Shown here piece by piece: positions 48,432 through 58,180 of a stretch of DNA of 64,000 nt (its first letter is position 1; the number at the start of each line of letters is the position of its first letter). Position numbers and translations under genes: made by a program. The notes beneath the pieces are model-generated. The model saw only the letters and a program-made list of their open reading frames with translations, had not been told where the DNA came from and did no database searches. The stretch covers positions 1 to 64,000 of the IMG/VR virus record IMGVR_UViG_3300020460_000014. The stretch is one strand, 5' to 3'. Origin of the DNA: a virus. Lineage: Duplodnaviria > Caudoviricetes.

Positions 48432-48496
48432 TTATAGTTAAATATAAACAAAATCCATGACATAAAAAAATCTGGAGTCACTTTTTTTTCAAAAAA
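48432..48496 (-). promoter_or_regulatory. Repeated early promoter, copy 7
   Basis: aaatataaacaaaatccatgacataaaaaaatctggagtcacttttttttcaaaaaa core. Confidence 0.75.
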
Positions 48497-48508
48497 TATA
48501 TAAAATAT

Positions 48509-49000
48509 ATGAAGATAGAAGTGTCTAACAATAATAAACAGGCTCACCGCTACGGCATAAAGCTAGAAGGTCTTCCTAGAACTATTAGAAAGTTTATGAT
48601 TGAAAACAGACAATTAAATAAATGGAAAGATAATCTTTTATTTTTTAAACAGATACTTCTTATGGAAAAACGTTTGTTAAAACTAAAGAATAACGCCCTT
48701 AGTGATAAGTTGTTCTTAGATCCTATAAATCATAAACCTGTAAAGATAGATGACCTGATATCATCTTATGACACTGTAGATTGGTGCTGTGCCATCAGTA
48801 AGAAACCTATTAAGGCTAAATTTAATAATTTTGATTTAAAGAACTTTGTGCATCCAGAATATTTTGATGTGCTTAAGGCCCCAATGGTAGATAGTCGCAT
48901 TCTTAAAAGTAGCGTTGAGTTTAGAAAATATTGTAAAAAACTCCTGCTGGAGGACCAACAAGAGTTTATACGTATTGTTAAAAAAGGTAAAAAGTCTTAA
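48509..49000 (+). CDS. Hypothetical protein (163 aa), plus strand
   Basis: ORF track; fills the gap without overlap; AATATATAAAA just upstream. Confidence 0.7.
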   Translation: MKIEVSNNNKQAHRYGIKLEGLPRTIRKFMIENRQLNKWKDNLLFFKQILLMEKRLLKLKNNALSDKLFLDPINHKPVKIDDLISSYDTVDWCCAISKKPIKAKFNNFDLKNFVHPEYFDVLKAPMVDSRILKSSVEFRKYCKKLLLEDQQEFIRIVKKGKKS

Positions 49001-49001
49001 T

Positions 49002-50390
49002 TTATTTTTTATTTAAAAAGTCTTCAAATACCTTTATGCTTTTTGTAAGTTTAATACTTTTACTTTCTTTTTTAGGCTCTGTCTTTTTTGTTTTTAAAGC
49101 CTTTTTATATTGTTGTTCAAAATGATCCATTGCAGCCTTTCTTCTACCTTTTTGAAAATCAATAGCCTCTTCATTTGCACCTTCTTCTTTTGCAACATTC
49201 CCACCATTTCCTGTTTTACTATTAAGGCTTTGTAATTCTGACCATGCCTTTTTTAAAGCCTCTTCATTTTCTTCAGATTGATTCTTTTCTAATGATGTAA
49301 TTGCCTTATCAAATCCTTCAGCCCCTCTAATAAAATCATTTTCTGCTGACATTGCCTCTTTGTATTTAGGATTCTTATCTTCTTTTTTCTTTTCCTTTTC
49401 TGAATTTTGTTGATCCTTTTTTGCCTTTTCCTGTTCCTTTTTAAGTTCAGCTATAACTGCTTTATTAGTTTTATTCTTTTCTGCTAATTCTTCTTTAGTT
49501 TTTTTACTCCAATTTTCAATATTTTTAGCAAGAAGGTCTTCATCTCCTTCATAAATTTGATTAATATAATCTTCTTCTAATTTCATTATATTAGGATCTT
49601 CTTTCTCTTCAATTGCTATTCTTCCTTCTTCCCAAAGCCTACTCATTTTAGAAGGACCTTCTGTTTTTTGTAACTTTTCGAAAAATCCTCTAAAATCTGT
49701 TTCTGACTCTGTAACCTTCCACATATCTTGTAATGCTACTAAATCTTTTTCTAATTTTCCTTTCCATTTTTCTTTTTTAAGATCAAATGCTTTTTCTACT
49801 GCGGCTTTTAAACTATCAATTTTACTATCTCTAACTTCTCTTATTTTTGCCTTCTTGTCAGCGTCTTCTATAGTTTCCAGCTTTTTCTTTATTTTTTCTT
49901 TGAAAGCCCCGATTTTTTGATCTATAATCTCCTGTTTCTTATGTTTAATATCAAATAATTGGTTGCTATATCGTATTTCAACTTCTAATCTTTCTTTTTT
50001 AGGATAATATTTAGCGTATTCTGCTAATCGTTTTTTAATATTCTTTTTAGCCTTTCTTTCTGCCCATAATAACATAACAGCGCCGACTCCTAATGCAATC
50101 GTACCTATTACTGCGCCCTTAGCGCTTGAAATAGCAGACTTTCCTGATTCATATCCAGCATCATAATCTTGATCTTCAGTTATATACTTTTCACTTGTCA
50201 TTGGATCTAAGTTTATAGTATCTTGATCTGCTGGAGTATCTAAACTCAATTCCAATTCTTTTAATTTATCTAAAATAGTATCGATTTCCTTTGAAAGGTC
50301 TGGGTTTTGTTCTATAGAATCTTTTTCTTTTTCAGAATTAGGTTCTTTACTAAACTCGTTTAATTTTATTAATTTATTAGAGATTTTCAT
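49002..50390 (-). CDS. Lys/Glu-rich putative internal head/ejection protein with one TM segment
   Basis: GAVIGTIALGVGAVMLLWA; N-terminal IKLNEF and C-terminal IKVFEDFLN CTS-like motifs; follows the major capsid gene. Confidence 0.5.
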   Translation of the reverse strand: MKISNKLIKLNEFSKEPNSEKEKDSIEQNPDLSKEIDTILDKLKELELSLDTPADQDTINLDPMTSEKYITEDQDYDAGYESGKSAISSAKGAVIGTIALGVGAVMLLWAERKAKKNIKKRLAEYAKYYPKKERLEVEIRYSNQLFDIKHKKQEIIDQKIGAFKEKIKKKLETIEDADKKAKIREVRDSKIDSLKAAVEKAFDLKKEKWKGKLEKDLVALQDMWKVTESETDFRGFFEKLQKTEGPSKMSRLWEEGRIAIEEKEDPNIMKLEEDYINQIYEGDEDLLAKNIENWSKKTKEELAEKNKTNKAVIAELKKEQEKAKKDQQNSEKEKKKEDKNPKYKEAMSAENDFIRGAEGFDKAITSLEKNQSEENEEALKKAWSELQSLNSKTGNGGNVAKEEGANEEAIDFQKGRRKAAMDHFEQQYKKALKTKKTEPKKESKSIKLTKSIKVFEDFLNKK

Positions 50391-50431
50391 ATTAAAAATT
50401 ATATTTTATTATATATCAATCTTATCTACAT

Positions 50432-50461
50432 AAAAAAGGGACTCTAAAATAGAGTCCCTTT
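50432..50461 (-). terminator. Terminator after major capsid gene
   Basis: AAGGGACTCT-aaaat-AGAGTCCCTT stem followed by a U tract. Confidence 0.85.
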
Positions 50462-50495
50462 AATATTTTAAACTATTAAAAGTTAATGCTTAAAC

Positions 50496-51893
50496 TTAAG
50501 CGATATTAATCATATCACCAGTTCCAGCAGTAGCTCCTTTAACAGTAATATCAAAACTTGCATATTGAGTTTCAGGATGGAATCCAGCTTCAACTAATGC
50601 GAATCTAGATTTAACAGCTACTTTAGGAGCCATAGTTCCTTCAGCAATTGCTTGTACAGATTCAGCCATTAAGTAAGGCATGAATACAAGACCAGGTCCG
50701 TTTCCATCTCCTTTTCTACCAACTAGTACAGTAGCACTACTCCAAGCCCATTTAGGGTTAGTGTAAACTTGTACACCAGCAACAGAACCTACAGGGTAAA
50801 TAGCACCTGCAGCTTGAGAAGCTGTGTTAGCCATTGGGTTAGGAACAAAACCAGCAACAGATTGAATTAATGTAGCAACCTGTGGTCCAACAACCGCGAA
50901 GTTACCAGCACCTCTTCTACCTTTATTTGCAATGAAGTTAGCAGCAGCAAGAATACCAGTTAAGATTTTTCTATGCTCTGAACCTTCAGTAGAACCGCCA
51001 GAAGCAGGTTCTTTAAGATCAACGTCTAAAGAAACTGATCCCATATTTGAACTAGCTAGGCTTTCAATCTTGTTAATGATTAGATCATTAATTGCTTGAG
51101 TTAATTCGTTAGTTAATACAGCCTCAACTTGTGCAACTGCGTCAACACCGAATTGTTTAAGATCTTGAACTTGTTCTCTAGTAACTGCAGCAGCAACTTG
51201 GAAAGTTTTAGCTTCAACAGCCTTTGAGAATAAAGATAGACCCATTAATTTGTCTGGAGTAGATTCTCCCATACCTCTTGAATAAGGGTTACCGTCTTTA
51301 TCAGCAGCCGCGAATCCTTTAATATGATCTTCTAAAGCAGATACTAATTCTGCGTCATTATATTCATTAGTGATAGGAGCATTAGCGGCAGTAGTATCGC
51401 CGATTTTTACGATGTTTAAACCATCGATTCTTGAAGTACCTACGATTTCATCACCAGTTTTAGCTACAGTAGCTCCAGTTTTAATATAAGTAGGAGTTAC
51501 GTCTCCACTAGCACCTCCAGTAGTTTGAAGAGTACCTCCTTCGTATACGAAGTCAAGGTAAGAAAGTAATCCCATAGGACCAGCCATTGGTACAACTGGT
51601 ACAAGGTCTAGACCTATTGTTTGAGCTGCAACTTGCATCGCTAAAGGAAGTAAAGTTGGAGCTTTGTCACCAGAACCGTCAGCACCACCAACAGTTGGTA
51701 GTTCAACAGGTCCCATACCTCCGATATTCATCAAAGGGTTAAGTGACATGATGTTTGCGTCTTCATAAAGTTTGTGATTATGACAATACTCAGACATCCA
51801 TGCTAATTTCGAAGCATCATTGATACCAGTCGCAGATTCGATGATCGGTGACCAAGTTTCTCTGATTTCAGCTTCATTAATTAAATTTGCCAT
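50496..51893 (-). CDS. gp23: Major capsid protein
   Basis: WSPII, DLVPVVPMAGPMGLL, VTREQVQDLKQFGVD, GRRGAGNF, PGLVFMPY, PKVAVKSRFAL. Confidence 0.93.
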   Translation of the reverse strand: MANLINEAEIRETWSPIIESATGINDASKLAWMSEYCHNHKLYEDANIMSLNPLMNIGGMGPVELPTVGGADGSGDKAPTLLPLAMQVAAQTIGLDLVPVVPMAGPMGLLSYLDFVYEGGTLQTTGGASGDVTPTYIKTGATVAKTGDEIVGTSRIDGLNIVKIGDTTAANAPITNEYNDAELVSALEDHIKGFAAADKDGNPYSRGMGESTPDKLMGLSLFSKAVEAKTFQVAAAVTREQVQDLKQFGVDAVAQVEAVLTNELTQAINDLIINKIESLASSNMGSVSLDVDLKEPASGGSTEGSEHRKILTGILAAANFIANKGRRGAGNFAVVGPQVATLIQSVAGFVPNPMANTASQAAGAIYPVGSVAGVQVYTNPKWAWSSATVLVGRKGDGNGPGLVFMPYLMAESVQAIAEGTMAPKVAVKSRFALVEAGFHPETQYASFDITVKGATAGTGDMINIA

Positions 51894-51978
51894 TTTATTA
51901 ATAATTTTTTTTAAATTTGTTTATTTCGACTTATTATTTCGGCTTTCTGCTTCTTTCGCCAAATCGTCGAATATGTTT

Positions 51979-51986
51979 TATATATC
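51979..51986 (-). promoter_or_regulatory. Putative late promoter GATATATA (capsid gene)
   Basis: About 90 nt upstream of the gp23 ATG, just after the UUCG terminator. Confidence 0.65.
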
Positions 51987-52039
51987 TTTTTATTTTAGTA
52001 AAATATTATCGTATTACTATATAACCTTAATATTAAACA

Positions 52040-52065
52040 AAAAAAGACAGCCGAAGCTGTCTTTT
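52040..52065 (-). terminator. Terminator with C(UUCG)G tetraloop
   Basis: Minus strand AAAAGACAGC-TTCG-GCTGTCTTTT. Confidence 0.88.
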
Positions 52066-52085
52066 AATAATATTAGAATATTAGA

Positions 52086-53978
52086 TTATTTTTTAAATCT
52101 TTTAGCAATAGATTCTTGAACTCCTTCTAAATTATAAGGAAGTTTATTAGCCTCTACTTCTTTCTTTTCAACAATCATTTCAACTTTTTCCATCACTGGA
52201 GTAACCTCTCTAAGGTCTCTTGTTTGCCAAAAGTTTCTTACTTGATATTCAGTCTCAACTTTATGCATTTTAGATTGTGCGATTAATTGTTTCTTTCTAG
52301 ATTCAGAAAGAGTTTCCCATTTTTCTTTATATTCGTTTGGCATTGCTGCAATAACAAAAAGTTCGTTACTTTCGTTTCCTGCAACTTCATTAACGTTTTC
52401 AATAATTCTAACAATCTGAGCCTCTGTTAAGAATCCAGCCTCTGAAACTTCTTTTCTTACTGAAGTTTTAGCATCTTCGTTAAGAGAGTTATATTTTTCA
52501 GCAGTTGAATTACCAACTAATTTAAAGAAATGTGGATCGTTATTTTCTTTTGCTTGAGCCTTTTCTAAAAGTGTAGTTAATTTAGAAGAAATTTCTGATT
52601 TATAAGATTCTAATGGATCATGTGCTCCATCTTCTCCTTCTGCATCCGGTGCCTCATCAGTACCTTCTTCACTTTTTGCCTCTCTGTCTTCTGAATTATC
52701 AACCTCCTCTAAATCAGATTCGATATCTTCGCCAGGAATTCCAGCCTCTTCACCAGATTCTGTAACAACATTCTCTTCAGTTGTATTTTCTTCAACTGTA
52801 TTTTCTTCTGTTGTTTCTTCAGTGTTTTCAACTTCTTCAGTAGATTCAACTACTAAATTTTCGTTGATTGACTCTGCAATATAATTAGCATATTCACTTA
52901 CATTTTGTACGTTATCTTTTAAATAGTTAACATACTCTATAAGTTTTTCATTAGTTTCTGTACCAGTGTTATAAGATTCTGCAATATAATTAGCGTAATC
53001 TTTAAGACTAGCAACTGATTCTGCAACATGCTCTGAATAACTAATACCTTGGTCTAATTTTTCAGCAACGTATTCAGTATATTCAATGTTTTGATCTGCT
53101 TTTTCAGCAACGTATTCTGTATATGAAATAGCCTGATCTGTTTTTTCTGCAACGTACTTAATATATTCAGTAAGTTCGTTTACTTTTTCAACAATACTAT
53201 CATTGTGAGCAGTAACAGTTTCAATCTCTTCATTAGTGTTTTCAGAACCTTCATTAGATTTTTCTGATAAATCAGTAAGAGCCGATTTTAATCCTTTTAT
53301 TTGCTCAGCTAGATATTTTGTGTAGTTGTTGAAATCATCTGTTTTTACAAATTCTTCCATTTTTTGCTCTTTTTTATTTTCTATGTTTATATTTGAATTT
53401 TCTTCGTTTGTTTTAAATACTTCGTAAATGAATAAACTATCATCATTTGTGAATCCATAAGATTCGTTAACTCTTTTAAGTTCTGCGTTTGCAAATCCAG
53501 GATCTGCTACTAAATCATAAGTAAATAATTGTTTGATTTTTACTTTACCACCTTCTGAAACTTCTCCAGCTGCTCTAGAGCTAATATGTAAAGGAATGCC
53601 AGAATCGACTAATGCTTTAGCCTGTTTACCAGCCTCAGTATCAAGTAATCTAATTTTACCCATTACCTTTTTATTTTCAGAATCATATCTTAATTCTTCA
53701 ATAACGTGCGATACATTTTTTAATGAAATATCAAATTGTTGCGGATGATCTAATTCACCTAATAATTTAGATGATGTGATTTTTGCCTGTAATGATTCGA
53801 TTTGTGGAAGATATTCTCCTTCTGTATAGATTCTGTTATTCTTATTTTTAACATCAATCTCTCCAAAGACCCCTTCTAAAACATAGTCGTTATCTTCTCC
53901 AGTTTGTGTTAAAACTGATGAAGATTTTTCAACTATTAACAAATCATAGTTTACAGGATCGTTAATAAATTTATCCAT
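52086..53978 (-). CDS. gp21: Prohead protease fused to scaffold (gp21+gp22-like)
   Basis: NKNNRIY, LGELDHP, VSHVI, ISSRAAG, DLVADPGF protease; then 14-aa YTEYVAEKxDQxIS repeats and an acidic coil. Confidence 0.9.
   Translation of the reverse strand: MDKFINDPVNYDLLIVEKSSSVLTQTGEDNDYVLEGVFGEIDVKNKNNRIYTEGEYLPQIESLQAKITSSKLLGELDHPQQFDISLKNVSHVIEELRYDSENKKVMGKIRLLDTEAGKQAKALVDSGIPLHISSRAAGEVSEGGKVKIKQLFTYDLVADPGFANAELKRVNESYGFTNDDSLFIYEVFKTNEENSNINIENKKEQKMEEFVKTDDFNNYTKYLAEQIKGLKSALTDLSEKSNEGSENTNEEIETVTAHNDSIVEKVNELTEYIKYVAEKTDQAISYTEYVAEKADQNIEYTEYVAEKLDQGISYSEHVAESVASLKDYANYIAESYNTGTETNEKLIEYVNYLKDNVQNVSEYANYIAESINENLVVESTEEVENTEETTEENTVEENTTEENVVTESGEEAGIPGEDIESDLEEVDNSEDREAKSEEGTDEAPDAEGEDGAHDPLESYKSEISSKLTTLLEKAQAKENNDPHFFKLVGNSTAEKYNSLNEDAKTSVRKEVSEAGFLTEAQIVRIIENVNEVAGNESNELFVIAAMPNEYKEKWETLSESRKKQLIAQSKMHKVETEYQVRNFWQTRDLREVTPVMEKVEMIVEKKEVEANKLPYNLEGVQESIAKRFKK
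52651..52763. repeat. 113-bp dispersed repeat shared with 58710..58822
   Basis: 8 mismatches by hand alignment; encodes TESGEEAGIPGEDIESDLEEVDNSEDRE.K.EEGTDEA. Confidence 0.9.
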
Positions 53979-54026
53979 TTTTAATTTTTTTGTTTTTTGT
54001 ATATATCTTTAAATAAATTCTCTTTT

Positions 54027-54371
54027 TTAAATATCTAAGTCTCCTAAAGGATCTTCTTCTCCGCCTTCCTCTTCTTCTTTCTTCTTTTCTTTCTCCTTCT
54101 CAGCCTGCTCTTTATAATATTCTTGGTAATCTTCTTCCATCTGACTCATTGTTTCTACATCAAATTTTGTAGAACCATACTTTTCATAAAAATAAGATTT
54201 GAATTCTCCTTCAGTAGATGATGCTATAATTTGCCCTAAAATTTCTTGAGCAGGGATAATAGTTCCATCTATTGTTTTTTGATCGCTAACTTCTACTTTA
54301 CTATCTTCTCCTGCCTTAATTGAAGAAAGATGCGCTTCGTTTATAAATTCAGTATAAGTTTTTAGTTTCAT
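54027..54371 (-). CDS. Prohead core/internal protein (gp67/68 position) with N-terminal CTS-like motif
   Basis: MKLKTYTEFINEA vs T4 capsid-targeting sequence MKTYQEFIAE; between portal and protease genes. Confidence 0.6.
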   Translation of the reverse strand: MKLKTYTEFINEAHLSSIKAGEDSKVEVSDQKTIDGTIIPAQEILGQIIASSTEGEFKSYFYEKYGSTKFDVETMSQMEEDYQEYYKEQAEKEKEKKKEEEEGGEEDPLGDLDI

Positions 54372-54390
54372 AATAAATTATATATCTTTT

Positions 54391-55998
54391 TTAAAAGTCC
54401 ATTCCCATGGGATCTTCCTCTTCTGGAGCCTCAGCCTTCTTTTTTTCAGTCTTAGCCTTAGCAGCAGCGTTTGCCGCAATATCGTCAGGACTTAATTGCA
54501 AATATTTATCTACTAAGAATTCCATGTCGAAGTAATATTCTTCTTCCATAGTTTCTTGATTTGTTGTCATTAAACTATCTCTCATTGTTGAAACAAAATC
54601 AAGTCTTTTCTCCATGATTTCCATATCTTTAAGTGCTGCGAAATCATTATCTTTATTATATCTTAAAGCAACTTGAGTTTTAAATTGAGGATCATTTGCA
54701 AGGTCTTTATAAGTAATACACATTTGAAGATAAAGAGGTTTTACAAGAAGTTCTTGGAAAGCAGCTCTTAATCTTTTTATAAATTTACTGAATTTAATTT
54801 CATCTCTAACCATTCCATCTGCCGCTAAATTAAACTCTCCACCATTATCTTCATATAAAAATCTTGAGTAAGGTATTTTAGAAACGTGTTTAAGTTTATC
54901 ACTAAAATACTTAAGAGTTTCTGTTTCTGACATATCTGGCCCTGAACTATCTAATGTTTCTATTTCAGGACTATCTCCGTCTTTACTTGGTAACCAATAT
55001 TCTTTATTAAATTGTAGCATTGGTTTTCCATCTGTTGACATTGAACCTGATTCCCAATCAAAATCAACAACCTCTTTATATGAATTCATTAATTGTGCAA
55101 GTGATTGCTTTGCTCTTGTTTTAGATTTACCTCCAACTGGAATAACAAATTTCATTCTATAAGAACTATTGGTCACTGCCCAGATAATTCTTGTATGTTC
55201 CATAATTCTTAATAGGTTAAAAGATCTTGTAAGTCTTTCAACGTAACTAACTCTGGATGCAGTTGTTATTGAAGAGTATGAAAGGTAAATAATTTGGGAA
55301 TCATAAAGAGTTCGCTCTTTTACAGGATCATCTTTAAATTGAGTCCATACTTTTTTACCATCTAATTTATTATATCCAGGAACCAATGTAATCGGGTCCA
55401 ACTCTTTAAAACCTATAATCTCTTTTTGGTCAGGTGAGTAAATAATCTCAAATGCAAGATATCCATCTACTAACCATTTTCTAAAATAATACCATGCTGA
55501 TTGATCTTGATTAAAACCAAATGCATGATAGATTTGTCTAAAATATCTATTAAGATCTTTTTGAATTCCATCAGCAACTTCAACTCCTAAAATTTCAGGA
55601 CTACAAAAGAAATTTTTAGTATCATACACGATAGTTTCATCACATAAAATATCTAAAATATCTTCGATCTCATCATTTATCGAAAATCTTCTAAGTTCAT
55701 CTCTTTTAAGTTCATAACTTTGGTCGAAAAAAGGAATATTTTTTCGCATTGTAGTATCTGCCATCGATAAGGCTGCAAATGCAGCATACATATCATCATT
55801 ATCGACTCCCATTGGATTTATCATTCCATATCCAAATTGGTCTTCGATTGGGCCAATTGCCTGAGATTGTCTAAGAACCATATCATCATATCTCATTCCA
55901 AATGATGATAAAGTTTTTAGGGTGTCGCTAAGTCTAAAAGGTCTTTTACCTGTGCTCCAAGGTCCGTTCCTTGGATCTTTATTTGCAAAACCTGCCAT
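54391..55998 (-). CDS. gp20: Portal protein
   Basis: FRKWLVDG, NLLRIMEHTRIIWA, EYWLP...PEIETL, KYFSDKL..VSKIPYSR, RDEIKFSKFIKRLR. Confidence 0.93.
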   Translation of the reverse strand: MAGFANKDPRNGPWSTGKRPFRLSDTLKTLSSFGMRYDDMVLRQSQAIGPIEDQFGYGMINPMGVDNDDMYAAFAALSMADTTMRKNIPFFDQSYELKRDELRRFSINDEIEDILDILCDETIVYDTKNFFCSPEILGVEVADGIQKDLNRYFRQIYHAFGFNQDQSAWYYFRKWLVDGYLAFEIIYSPDQKEIIGFKELDPITLVPGYNKLDGKKVWTQFKDDPVKERTLYDSQIIYLSYSSITTASRVSYVERLTRSFNLLRIMEHTRIIWAVTNSSYRMKFVIPVGGKSKTRAKQSLAQLMNSYKEVVDFDWESGSMSTDGKPMLQFNKEYWLPSKDGDSPEIETLDSSGPDMSETETLKYFSDKLKHVSKIPYSRFLYEDNGGEFNLAADGMVRDEIKFSKFIKRLRAAFQELLVKPLYLQMCITYKDLANDPQFKTQVALRYNKDNDFAALKDMEIMEKRLDFVSTMRDSLMTTNQETMEEEYYFDMEFLVDKYLQLSPDDIAANAAAKAKTEKKKAEAPEEEDPMGMDF

Positions 55999-56040
55999 AT
56001 TATTTTAATAAGTTTTTCAATTTATATATTCTTTTAAATT

Positions 56041-56631
56041 CTATCTATTTCTAAACATATACCTTAATTTACCATAAGTGGTTCCGTTAAGACTAGCAAA
56101 ATCACAAAGTACAATCCTAGCCCAATTTTCATAACTAACAACAGCCTGTCCAGATTTTCTAGAAGGTATGTATTGCCTAACAGCAAAATCATAACCTCTA
56201 GCTTTTAAAAAACCTTTAGCATCTTGCCAATTTATTGAAAGTCTATTTTGCCTAGTAGCGTCATTTTTCATACCACCAACAGATTGCCTTCCTATTTCAG
56301 ATTCAAATGTTCTATAAATAGAATCTAACATATCTTCTTTTACCTTTATAGGCAAAAGATTTAAATTTACACCAACGTCGTTATTTTTATCAGGATCTAA
56401 GGCTAAAACAACTGGATTAGCATCATACCATGGAAGCTCCATTGCGTATTTTGGGCTATATCTAAAAACGTATATTTTTCCAGGCTGGAATCTTTGGCCA
56501 GTAGATTGTATGCTTTTTTCACTGATAGTTTTTTTGCCATTTTGGTACCATTCTTCAGCGGCTCTTCTTGCCCTAGTTTTACCATTTGACTCTTTAATTA
56601 ACGCATTTATATCTTTTCTAACCTTTCCCAT
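56041..56631 (-). CDS. gp2: DNA end protector protein (gp2-like)
   Basis: PGKIYVFRYSPK...LPWYDANPVVL, GVNLNLLP, VRQYI. Confidence 0.75.
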   Translation of the reverse strand: MGKVRKDINALIKESNGKTRARRAAEEWYQNGKKTISEKSIQSTGQRFQPGKIYVFRYSPKYAMELPWYDANPVVLALDPDKNNDVGVNLNLLPIKVKEDMLDSIYRTFESEIGRQSVGGMKNDATRQNRLSINWQDAKGFLKARGYDFAVRQYIPSRKSGQAVVSYENWARIVLCDFASLNGTTYGKLRYMFRNR

Positions 56632-57104
56632 TATTTAAGACTTTTTTCTGTCATAACAACGAATCTAAATCCTCTTGATTCTGCCCATTCCTTTGCATAT
56701 CTATATTTATCCCTATTTTTAATGAACTGCTCAGCAAGAAATTTATAATTTTTTAAGGCCTGCTTACTATTTTTTGTAGGAGGCTCTGGTTTTTGTAAAT
56801 GGCTACTTGGTTTTATTTCAACAAGACTTTCTTCAAATCCTGTTTCTTTTTTAACTTTAATATAAAAATCTGGAAAATAAGAATGTTCTTTATTGTCAAG
56901 AGAACTCCAATATTTTATTTCAACAGGCTCGCTGGCCCATTTTACAATATCTTCTCTATTATCACACATTTTCATAAACTTCAATTCCCAAGAACTTCTA
57001 TAAATAATTGGTGGCTTTCCAGCATATTTACTTGGATAAACAGGGTTATAATATCCTTGATTAAATCCAGAATTATTAGTTGGCTTAACATTTTTTATTG
57101 ACAT
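56631..57104 (-). CDS. gp4: Head completion nuclease (gp4-like)
   Basis: KYAG..PIIYRSSWELKFMKMCD, WASE, YFPDF, VEIKP, FVVMTE. Confidence 0.88.
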   Translation of the reverse strand: MSIKNVKPTNNSGFNQGYYNPVYPSKYAGKPPIIYRSSWELKFMKMCDNREDIVKWASEPVEIKYWSSLDNKEHSYFPDFYIKVKKETGFEESLVEIKPSSHLQKPEPPTKNSKQALKNYKFLAEQFIKNRDKYRYAKEWAESRGFRFVVMTEKSLK

Positions 57105-57700
57105 TTTTCTATAAATTTATCAATATTTTTAGAAAATAATAAATCTGAATATTCCTCTAATTTATTATCTGGCCAATCCCACCATTTTATTTCTAAAAGT
57201 TTATCTATTGTTTTATCATCAAATCTTTTACGAATAAGTTTTGCTGGTATACCACCAACAATCGAATAGGGTTCCACATCTTTAGTAATTACACTTCCAG
57301 CGGCAACAACACATCCTGTCCCTAAAGTTACTCCACTCATCACTTTACAATCTTGTCCTATCCAAACATCATTTCCTATTGTAATATCTCCATTAGTTAT
57401 TAATCCCTCAGAATCTCTTTTTTTAAATGGATTAAGGTATGTTGTTACCCTTTTCCAATCATGATTTCCTCCTAAAAAGAATTGACAACCTTCTGCTATA
57501 GAAATAAATCTGCCAAAATGTACTTTATTAGTATAATATTGTTCTTGCTCTGTTAATACTTTTGGATTATTATAATTAGTTTCTTCTATTGTAGTTATTC
57601 TAACTCTTATCGCATTATCCCCTCTAGAATAAGTCACTAAAGAAGATTTATCCCCAGAGATATGCTTTATAAATTCTTTTTTTAAATCTAAAAATATCAT
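57095..57700 (-). CDS. Hexapeptide-repeat O-acetyltransferase (CatB/Vat-like)
   Basis: GDITIGNDVWIG, VVAAGSVITKDVEPYSIVGGIPAKLIRKRF, WWDW. Confidence 0.9.
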   Translation of the reverse strand: MIFLDLKKEFIKHISGDKSSLVTYSRGDNAIRVRITTIEETNYNNPKVLTEQEQYYTNKVHFGRFISIAEGCQFFLGGNHDWKRVTTYLNPFKKRDSEGLITNGDITIGNDVWIGQDCKVMSGVTLGTGCVVAAGSVITKDVEPYSIVGGIPAKLIRKRFDDKTIDKLLEIKWWDWPDNKLEEYSDLLFSKNIDKFIEKCQ

Positions 57701-57709
57701 TTTTTAGTT

Positions 57710-58096
57710 TTATATGTTAAACATTCCTCCGCCGTCTCCGTCGTCTGAATTTTTTGAATTTATTCTATCTATTGAAAGGGTTCCTTTATATTTTTGGGGA
57801 TGTATTTTATTCCATCCTTTTGCATAACCTCGCTTTGCTATTTCTGTAAAATATGCAAAAGCATTTGTATATTTTGGATTGAAATTTCTCCAATATTTTA
57901 AAAGATCTAAAAGAGCAAATTGCAAACAATCTTTTCTGTCGTCTTCGTTTACATATGTTAATTTATTAATAGCCCTTTCAGCCAATAATTGTAGCATTTT
58001 TTCAGCATCTTTTGTTAGAGAATCCTGTTCTTTTGATAAAACAATTTGATCATAAAGATCTCTATTGTTCAGATAATTCTTAGATTTTCTTGGCAT
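57710..58096 (-). CDS. gp55: Late sigma factor (gp55-like)
   Basis: NYLNNRDL, DRKDCLQFAL, FNPKYTNAFAYFTEI. Confidence 0.8.
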   Translation of the reverse strand: MPRKSKNYLNNRDLYDQIVLSKEQDSLTKDAEKMLQLLAERAINKLTYVNEDDRKDCLQFALLDLLKYWRNFNPKYTNAFAYFTEIAKRGYAKGWNKIHPQKYKGTLSIDRINSKNSDDGDGGGMFNI

Positions 58097-58118
58097 ATTT
58101 TCATCTTTACTATTATAT

Positions 58119-58152
58119 AAAAAAAAGGCTAAATGTTTCCACTTAGCCTTTT
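58119..58152 (-). terminator. Rho-independent terminator
   Basis: AAAGGCTAA...TTAGCCTTTT stem followed by a U tract on the minus strand. Confidence 0.7.
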
Positions 58153-58180
58153 AATATTGTTTTAGTTTATATAAAATATC

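Noticed and set aside
57095-57700. Bona fide antibiotic resistance gene (catB/vat)
   Set aside because: The fold is shared with many sugar O-acetyltransferases; sequence alone does not support resistance
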